Origin: Clostridiales bacterium | GTDB taxonomy: Bacteria; Bacillota; Clostridia; Lachnospirales; WQUN01 | Assembly: GCA_031271275.1 (NCBI GenBank) | Contig: JAISWA010000066.1 | Span: forward strand, 1 to 42,326 | Direction: 5' to 3' | DNA: 42,326 nt | Shown here: positions 32,868 to 42,326 of the stretch, in pieces | Layout: each line of letters opens with the position of its first letter | Numbering within the stretch: the first letter of the stretch is position 1 | Notes under the pieces: generated by a model | The model's input: only the letters and a program-made list of their open reading frames with translations | Databases searched by the model: none | What the model was told of the DNA's origin: nothing | Position numbers and translations under genes: made by a program

Positions 32868-33236
32868 TTATTTCCCGAACAGCATTCTTAATGCGGCAAA
32901 AACCAAGAACGCGCCGAAAATTTTATGCAGCCAGCCCGCGGACAGTTTGTTCAGCCAGTTGGCTCCCGCGTAGCCGCCCGCCGCGCCGCCCGCCGATACG
33001 TACAGCACCGCGCGCCAATCCACGGGCGCGCCCCGCATATAAATAACCGCGCTTACCACGGAAAGGGGAAGTATTACCGCGATGGCGGTGGCGTGGGCTT
33101 TATGCGTCTCGACCTTGAAGAATTTTTCCATTGCCGGCACAAGGATTGTTCCGCCGCCCGCGCCGAACAGCCCGTTAGCGATGCCCACCAGAGCGCCGAC
33201 CGCGGTCCGCAAGCATTTTTTGTTCAAATAACTCAC
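32868..33236 (-). CDS. half-size TauE/SafE (TSUP) family membrane protein, proximal half
   Basis: 122 aa, 4 TM helices, GIANGLFGAGGGTILVPAMEKFF motif. The stop lies 19 nt before the next half-gene. Confidence 0.7.
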   Translation of the reverse strand: MSYLNKKCLRTAVGALVGIANGLFGAGGGTILVPAMEKFFKVETHKAHATAIAVILPLSVVSAVIYMRGAPVDWRAVLYVSAGGAAGGYAGANWLNKLSAGWLHKIFGAFLVFAALRMLFGK

Positions 33237-33284
33237 CGGAGTTAGTATTTCTCCGCGATCAATATTTATACCGCGTTCATTTTA

Positions 33285-33350
33285 TAGGGCGTGTCTTAAA
33301 ACTCGCTTTCGCCGAAAGAGCGACGGAATGGCGTTTTAAGACACGCCCTA
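33285..33350. repeat. 66-nt palindrome with perfect 18-bp arms TAGGGCGTGTCTTAAAAC / GTTTTAAGACACGCCCTA and an inner hairpin
   Basis: Arms at 33285-33302 and 33333-33350. The inner imperfect stem is TCGCTTT / AAAGAGCGA. The palindrome lies between the divergent TSUP and pyc genes. Confidence 0.75.
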
Positions 33351-33471
33351 ATTCGCCTGCCGCCTCAGAGTCACTTTTTTCTTGACATAATAAACCAATA
33401 TATGTTCCTATTACAGCGAATTAAGTTGGTTCGCTATACATCGCCGTATAACTCTTTTTGCGAGGTGTCCC

Positions 33472-36912
<3,441 letters not shown>

Positions 36913-36991
36913 CAGCGGCGCCGAACAAAAACCGCTGCTGAACGGCGGCAGGGAAGTGGAACGATACGCATTGGCTATATTCCCCTTATCG

Positions 36992-37022
36992 ACAGCCGTA
37001 TGATATACTACGGCTGTTTTTA
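36992..37022 (+). terminator. Rho-independent terminator downstream of pyc
   Basis: Stem ACAGCCGTA (36992-37000) / TACGGCTGT (37009-37017), 8-nt loop, followed by TTTTTA. Confidence 0.7.
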
Positions 37023-37028
37023 TGTCAT

Positions 37029-37092
37029 AGGAAACTGCTTGATTCCGGCGTTCCGTTTTGACGCCAACGGAACGCGCAAGGTGCAGTTTCCT
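37029..37092 (+). promoter_or_regulatory. nested two-tier palindrome/hairpin in the glgP upstream region
   Basis: Outer arms AGGAAACTGC (37029-37038) / GCAGTTTCCT (37083-37092). Inner arms GCGTTCCGTT (37048-37057) / AACGGAACGC (37066-37075). Both pairs are perfect 10-mers. A small palindrome AGAATA-TT-TATTCT follows at 37101-37114. Confidence 0.6.
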
Positions 37093-37130
37093 ATTAACGC
37101 AGAATATTTATTCTACAGGAGGTTCCCCTC

Positions 37131-39602
37131 ATGGCAAATACTCCCCGCGTTTTCCCGGACATAACCAAAGAAGAAATTAAGGACGGCATTTCCGAAATGC
37201 TGAGAGCCATTTACCGCACTAATATTGAAAAAGCCAGCGGCAGGCAGATTTATAACGCGCTTGCGTATACGATCAAAGAATATTTGTCCGACCGTTGGAT
37301 CGCGACCCACGATTTTTACAACGAAGACGACGTGAAAGTCGTGTATTACCTGTCGATGGAATTTTTAATAGGCAGGTTCCTCGGCAACGCGATGCTGAAC
37401 CTGTCCGCCATCGACGTTGCGCGTGAAGTTTTTGAGGAACTCGGCGTTGACTTGAATTTAATAGAGGACGCGGAGCCGGACCCCGGCCTTGGCAACGGGG
37501 GGCTCGGCCGCCTCGCCGCGTGTTTCCTCGATTCCCTTTCCACCCTGGGTTATCCGGCATACGGCTGCGGCATACGGTACCATTACGGGATTTTCGAGCA
37601 GCATATCGAAAACGGGTATCAGGTCGAAAAACCGGACAACTGGTTAAAGTACGGCGACCCGTGGGGCGTTAAGCGCGAAGATTACGCGGTGGAAATAAAA
37701 TTCGGGGGCACCGTCAACGCGCATAAAGGCGACGACGGCGAGTACCATTTTGTTTTGGAGAACTACCGTTCCGTCATGGCGGTGCCTTACGATTACCCCG
37801 TCGTGGGGTACAAAACGAACATGGTCAACACGTTGCGCCTGTGGGACGCCGAGACCACCGACCTCTTTAAATTGAATGAGTTTAACGAGGGCAATCACGA
37901 GCGCGCGGTGGAGGAGCAAACCCTTGCGCGCATACTCACGGAGGTTTTGTATCCCGCCGACGATAACGTGGCGGGTAAGGAACTTCGCCTTAAGCAGCAG
38001 TATTTTTTCATATCGGCGACGCTGCAGCGCGTGCTGCAAAGGTTTAAACAAAAGCACAATAATTTTTCCGAGCTGCCCGATTATGTGCAGTTCCAACTTA
38101 ACGACACCCATCCTACGCTTACCGTAGCCGAGTTAATGCGCATCCTGGTGGACGAATACTATCTGGACTGGGACGAAAGTTGGGAAATCACGCGCAAGGC
38201 CTGCGCCTACACCAACCACACCATCATGTCGGAGGCGCTTGAAAAATGGCCTATCGAGCTTTTCAGCCGCCTGCTCCCGCGTATTTATATGATCGTGGAG
38301 GAAATTAACCGTCGCTTCTGCGCGAACCTCATCGAATGGTACGGCAACGACCCCGGCAAGATACGCAGCATGGCCATCGTGGCGGACGGGCAGGTTCGCA
38401 TGGCGCACCTTGCCATCGTGGGCAGCCATTCCGTCAACGGCGTCGCCGCCATACACACGAACATCCTCAAAACGCAGGAACTCAAAGATTTTTACGATAT
38501 CTACCCCGAAAAATTCAACAATAAAACCAACGGGATAACCCAACGCCGATGGTTGGCGCACTGCAACCCCGGTCTCTCGAAACTCATTACCAAAACCGTC
38601 GGCGACGGTTGGATCAAAGACCTCGACCAACTGGAACAGCTCAAACCCTTTGCCGCCGACCCGGCTTTCCAAAAAGAATTCATGTCCGTAAAGCGCGACA
38701 ATAAGGTGCGCTTCTCCAATTACATCAAAAAGACGATGGATTTCTCCATCGACCCGGATTCCATTTACGACGTGCAGGTCAAGCGGCTTCACGAGTACAA
38801 AAGGCAGCTGCTCAATATTTTCCATGTCATAGACCTGTTTAATACCCTCAAGCTCAACCCGAACCTCGACATAGCCCCGCGCACGTTCCTGTTTTCGGCG
38901 AAGGCCGCCGCCAGTTACCGCCGGGCGAAGCTGATCATCAAGCTTATCAATTCCGTCGCCGACCTTGTGAATAAAGACAAAACCGTTGACGGGCGCATAA
39001 AGGTGCTGTTTGTACCCAATTACCGCGTATCCGTCGCGGAAATACTCATCCCCGCCGCCGACGTAAGCGAGCAGATTTCCACCGCGGGCAAGGAAGCTTC
39101 GGGAACGGGCAACATGAAGTTTATGCTTAACGGCGCGGTTACCATCGGCACATTGGACGGCGCGAACGTGGAAATCCTCGAGGAAGTCGGCGAGGAAAAC
39201 ATGTTCATCTTCGGAATGACCGCGGCGGAGGTGCTCGAACTGACCAGGAGCGGGGCGTATTCCCCCTGGAATCTGTACAACCTGGATTTCAACATCCGCT
39301 ATGTGCTTACGACTTTAATCAACGGAACGCTTGACGCCGCCAACCACGACCTGTTCCGTGAGCTGTACGACGCGATGCTGAACGGCTACGGCGGCGCGAG
39401 GCCCGACGAATATTATGTGCTGCAAGACTTCGCCGCCTACAAACAGGCGCAGACAAAGGTTGACGCGGCGTATAAAGACCGCGGGCGTTGGGCAAGGATG
39501 GCGATAATGAACACCGCTTCCAGTGGGAAATTTTCCAGCGACCGCACCATACGCCAGTACGCGGAAGATGTTTGGAACGCCAAACCGATAAGTATCGTAT
39601 GA
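37131..39602 (+). CDS. glgP: glycogen/maltodextrin phosphorylase (GT35)
   Basis: 823 aa. PLP-lysine motif EASGTGNMKFMLNGA, plus GLGNGGLGRLAACFLDS and TNHT blocks. RBS AGGAGG. Confidence 0.95.
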   Translation: MANTPRVFPDITKEEIKDGISEMLRAIYRTNIEKASGRQIYNALAYTIKEYLSDRWIATHDFYNEDDVKVVYYLSMEFLIGRFLGNAMLNLSAIDVAREVFEELGVDLNLIEDAEPDPGLGNGGLGRLAACFLDSLSTLGYPAYGCGIRYHYGIFEQHIENGYQVEKPDNWLKYGDPWGVKREDYAVEIKFGGTVNAHKGDDGEYHFVLENYRSVMAVPYDYPVVGYKTNMVNTLRLWDAETTDLFKLNEFNEGNHERAVEEQTLARILTEVLYPADDNVAGKELRLKQQYFFISATLQRVLQRFKQKHNNFSELPDYVQFQLNDTHPTLTVAELMRILVDEYYLDWDESWEITRKACAYTNHTIMSEALEKWPIELFSRLLPRIYMIVEEINRRFCANLIEWYGNDPGKIRSMAIVADGQVRMAHLAIVGSHSVNGVAAIHTNILKTQELKDFYDIYPEKFNNKTNGITQRRWLAHCNPGLSKLITKTVGDGWIKDLDQLEQLKPFAADPAFQKEFMSVKRDNKVRFSNYIKKTMDFSIDPDSIYDVQVKRLHEYKRQLLNIFHVIDLFNTLKLNPNLDIAPRTFLFSAKAAASYRRAKLIIKLINSVADLVNKDKTVDGRIKVLFVPNYRVSVAEILIPAADVSEQISTAGKEASGTGNMKFMLNGAVTIGTLDGANVEILEEVGEENMFIFGMTAAEVLELTRSGAYSPWNLYNLDFNIRYVLTTLINGTLDAANHDLFRELYDAMLNGYGGARPDEYYVLQDFAAYKQAQTKVDAAYKDRGRWARMAIMNTASSGKFSSDRTIRQYAEDVWNAKPISIV

Positions 39603-41491
39603 GAAGGGAACGCCCTGAAGGTTATGAGCGCAGGCGCAGGCGGGCGAAGCGTTCCGTATTAGGCGGCCTGCCGCGTTGGGTGGTTCCGGTATGCGTCTGC
39701 GTGGTCGTAGCCGGCGTGCTCGCGGGCGGGACGCTGCTCATATCCCGGTTGTTCCCGGATATGACGCTGCCTTTCGTCTCAAACGGCAAGGTACGCGACT
39801 ACCATGAATACTTCGCGTTGGAACCGGACGAGGTTTCGTTGGTAATGGATAGCGAGCGCCTGACCGGCAGCCCTCCGCCGCTCATCGATAACGGCGCGGT
39901 CTATTTGAGCGCGGACTTTATACGCCGGCATATAGACTCGTTTTTATTTTGGGACGAATACTCCCGGGACGTATACTTCACCACGGCGGCGGACGTGTTA
40001 CGGTTTACCCCCGACGCGTTGGAATACACGCGAAACGGGGAGCAAAACGCACTGTCCGCGCCTGTTATAATCGAAAACGGCGGCGCGTACCTGCCCGCGT
40101 CTTTGGTGGAAGCGCTTTACCCGTATGAAGTGGAATACCTTTCAAAATACAATATTGTGTTGGTCACCGACCGCAGTCTTAACGAAGATTTGGAATACGG
40201 AACGGCAAACCGCCGCACCGAGGTGCGTTATCAACCCTCCAGGGAATCGGAAATAGCCGTAAGGGCGGAGAAAGACGCGTATTTTGTGATTCTCGGATAT
40301 GACAGCGGCGGCTATACCTATGTGCGCACCGCCGACGGGCTGCTCGGTTACGTACTTTCCTCCCATATGGAACCGGCGGACGCGAAACCGGAAAGCGATC
40401 CGCTTACGCCCCCGGAAGGGGCGGCGCAGCCGGATGAAAACGTAATCTTCGACCGTTCCGAACCGGAAACTTTTTGGCAGGCAGGGAAAAAAATAAATCT
40501 GGTCTGGGAAGCCGCGTACAACCCCGACGCGACCGCCGCGCGCATGGGCGTACCCATTGACGGCGGGGTGAACGTTATTTCGCCCACCTGGTTTTCTTTT
40601 GACGAGGCGACTTTCGATTTGATTTCCCAGGGGACCGCCGAATATGTGAGTTGGGCGCACGGGCAAGGCTGTGAGGTATGGGTCATGCTTGCCGATTCAA
40701 GCTACGCCGGCACCCACGCGTTATTGACGGACGCGGCAGCGCGGCAGCGGCTGATTGCCCAAATATCCGCCGGGCTGCAGGCGCTTGGCGCGGACGGGCT
40801 CAACGTGGACTTCGAAAGGGTGGACGACGCGGAAGGCGCGTATTTTCTGCAGTTCCTGCGGGAACTCGCGCCCGCTGTGCGAAAAATGGGCGCGGTGCTT
40901 TCGGTGGACGTGTTGGTCCCCTCGGAATGGTCGCGGGAGTATTTTCGCGGTCAAATCGCGGAAACGGCGGATTTTGTTTGCGTAATGACCTACGACGAGC
41001 ATTACGGCGGTTCGCCCGCCAGCGGGCCGGTGGCTTCGCTGTCCTTTGTGCAAAAGGGCGTGGAGGACATGCTCGCGGAAGTCCCGAAAGAAAAACTGCT
41101 GATGGGTATTCCGTTCTACAACCGCGTCTGGCGCGAAATCGTGGACGACGACCGGCCCGAGACCCGGGGGATTTCCCACTACAGCATGGATTATACGGTT
41201 CAGTTTTTTCTGGACAACGGCGCGGAATTTTCCTGGGACCCCCTGTCGGGGTATTATTACGCGGAATTCGCCACGGTGGAAGAAACGCTGCGGAAGAACG
41301 CGGAGACCGGTGAGGACGAGCCTACCGGAGAGAACGAGACCGTCCGGTACCGGGTGTGGCTCGAGGACGAAAATTCCATTTCGGAAAAATTAGAAATTTA
41401 CCAATCCAACGACCTTGCCGGAGTCGGGTGTTGGAGCCGCGGTTATGAGAACGAAAAGACCCGGGGGCTGCTGAAAGATACCCTACAATAA
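39599..41491 (+). CDS. membrane-anchored GH18-family protein (YaaH/YdhD-like) with copper-amine-oxidase-N-like and SH3-like domains
   Basis: The ATG at 39599 overlaps the glgP stop (ATGA). N-terminal Arg-rich tail plus TM. GAVYLSADFIRRHI / GGAYLPASLVEAL stalk repeats. GH18 catalytic-type motif GADGLNVDFE. Confidence 0.75.
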   Translation: MRRERPEGYERRRRRAKRSVLGGLPRWVVPVCVCVVVAGVLAGGTLLISRLFPDMTLPFVSNGKVRDYHEYFALEPDEVSLVMDSERLTGSPPPLIDNGAVYLSADFIRRHIDSFLFWDEYSRDVYFTTAADVLRFTPDALEYTRNGEQNALSAPVIIENGGAYLPASLVEALYPYEVEYLSKYNIVLVTDRSLNEDLEYGTANRRTEVRYQPSRESEIAVRAEKDAYFVILGYDSGGYTYVRTADGLLGYVLSSHMEPADAKPESDPLTPPEGAAQPDENVIFDRSEPETFWQAGKKINLVWEAAYNPDATAARMGVPIDGGVNVISPTWFSFDEATFDLISQGTAEYVSWAHGQGCEVWVMLADSSYAGTHALLTDAAARQRLIAQISAGLQALGADGLNVDFERVDDAEGAYFLQFLRELAPAVRKMGAVLSVDVLVPSEWSREYFRGQIAETADFVCVMTYDEHYGGSPASGPVASLSFVQKGVEDMLAEVPKEKLLMGIPFYNRVWREIVDDDRPETRGISHYSMDYTVQFFLDNGAEFSWDPLSGYYYAEFATVEETLRKNAETGEDEPTGENETVRYRVWLEDENSISEKLEIYQSNDLAGVGCWSRGYENEKTRGLLKDTLQ

Positions 41492-41506
41492 TATTTAGGT
41501 GACGGA

Positions 41507-42326
41507 ATGCCCACGTTTTTATTTCGCGGTTATGACAGGCAGGAACGCAGGCTGTACGGCAGCCTGTTCAGCCCGACCCTTGCGCGGGCGGAGGAAATGT
41601 CCGCGCGCAAAGGCGCGCCGGTTACGCTGTATGAGTCGGAAACGCGTTTTAAGCGGCGGGAATGGTCGCGCATAGACCCATCCGAGTTGGCGTATGCCTG
41701 CCGCGAAACGGGCGCCGTTCTGGATTCGGGCGCTTTGCTTTCCGAGGAGTTGCCCTTGATTGCGAAAAATATTAAGGATGAGCAGTTGCGGTTGACGCTT
41801 ACGGAAATCGGCGCGCTGACCGCGCGCGGTATCGCGCCGGCCGGCGCTTTTTCCATGTTTGGGCATGTGTTTGGCGTTTTTTTTGTGCATGTGATAAATT
41901 CGGCGAAAGCCGGTACGCCGTTGGCGGAAACCATGCGGAGCCTTTCGGTTTACTACGAGGGCGAGGCGCGCGCGGGGGAGAAATTTAAAAGAATTTTCCT
42001 GTACCCGATGGGCCGTATGCTGCTCGCGTGGAACATCGCGTTCTGGATGACCGCCTCTTTAATCCCCGTAGCGAATTTGCTCCTGCCGGACGCGGCCGGC
42101 GCGGCGTTCGAAACGGTGCGCCGGCTTTATTCACGGGGGTGGGCGCTTGCCGCGACAACGGTTTTTGTTATCGCCGCGCTCATAATACTGCCGCGCTTCC
42201 CCGCGGTCAGGCGGTATACGGACAGCCGGCTCGTCCGGGGGCGGTTGCTGCGGAAGGTGTCTGTGCCGTGGTATGCCGGGCGGATTGCCCGGGGGCTTGG
42301 CGTGCTGTTTAAAAACAAATCGGCGT
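41507..42326 (+). CDS. type II secretion system F-family (PilC/GspF/ComGB-like) membrane protein, 3'-partial (runs off the window)
   Basis: Not in the ORF track because it has no stop inside the window. My translation: MPTFLFRGYDRQERRLYGSLFSPTLARAEEMSARKGAPVTLYE...LAYACRETGAVLDSGALLSEELPLIA...ARGIAPAGAFSMFGHVF...AKAGTPLAETMRSLSVYYEGEAR...IFLYPM, which follows the T2SS-F domain pattern. RBS AGGTGA. Confidence 0.6.
   Translation, partial: MPTFLFRGYDRQERRLYGSLFSPTLARAEEMSARKGAPVTLYESETRFKRREWSRIDPSELAYACRETGAVLDSGALLSEELPLIAKNIKDEQLRLTLTEIGALTARGIAPAGAFSMFGHVFGVFFVHVINSAKAGTPLAETMRSLSVYYEGEARAGEKFKRIFLYPMGRMLLAWNIAFWMTASLIPVANLLLPDAAGAAFETVRRLYSRGWALAATTVFVIAALIILPRFPAVRRYTDSRLVRGRLLRKVSVPWYAGRIARGLGVLFKNKSA

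Noticed and set aside
4785-33236. A sulfur/sulfonate-metabolism theme: an AGE family that includes sulfoquinovose isomerase, a ThDP enzyme like Xsc, 'sulfatase-modifying' FGE domains, and a TauE sulfite exporter
   Set aside because: The genes are scattered over different operons and strands. The ThDP enzyme is shorter than I recall Xsc being and shows no specific signature I can verify. The FGE-like domains lack catalytic cysteines. The link rests on family names only.
33382-33414. TTGACA at 33382-33387 as the -35 element of a pyc promoter
   Set aside because: I could not find an acceptable -10 hexamer at 16-19 nt spacing. The candidates sit at 13 or 21 nt.

Overview
This is a 42.3-kb chromosomal window from a high-GC, Clostridia-like Bacillota genome. 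SLH domains, SpoIIAA/AB-type modules and a YaaH-like GH18 gene point that way. Hand counts of sample lines give about 58-60% G+C for most of the window. I call 34 protein-coding genes. One is a 3'-partial T2SS-F/PilC-like gene that the ORF track misses. There is also one possible gene remnant, and I found no rRNA, tRNA, CRISPR array, transposase or integrase. All family calls rest on motif recognition by eye, with no database search. Housekeeping genes: rlmD-like methyltransferase, cls, pyc, glgP, a GH18 enzyme, a MATE pump, and a split TauE/TSUP exporter. Two tightly packed operons are the best candidates for an undescribed system. (A) 4785-14192 holds nine co-directional, partly overlapping genes: an AGE-superfamily (alpha/alpha)6 enzyme, two STAS antagonists, an RsbW-like kinase, DUF2156, a DMT transporter, a membrane-anchored degenerate RsbW paralogue, a 1000-aa PP2C phosphatase with a duplicated sensor module, and an OmpR-type regulator. 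No sigma factor is present. (B) 22405-29929 holds six translationally coupled genes: a 4-OT-type tautomerase, a ThDP enzyme, a 4xDUF1566 protein, an RCC1 protein of about 13 repeats, DJ-1/PfpI, and a Cache-type histidine kinase. It is preceded by a second DJ-1-like gene and by an SLH-anchored protein carrying three FGE-sulfatase-like domains that lack the catalytic Cys pair. Non-coding observations: an ~80-nt palindrome-plus-promoter module is duplicated upstream of operon A and of the MATE-cupin operon. Two copies of a GTCATYCTGAGCGAAGCGAAG palindromic element are present. Long nested palindromes lie in the pyc and glgP upstream regions. cls may be leaderless. An AT-rich islet carries a PIN/AbrB toxin-antitoxin pair.
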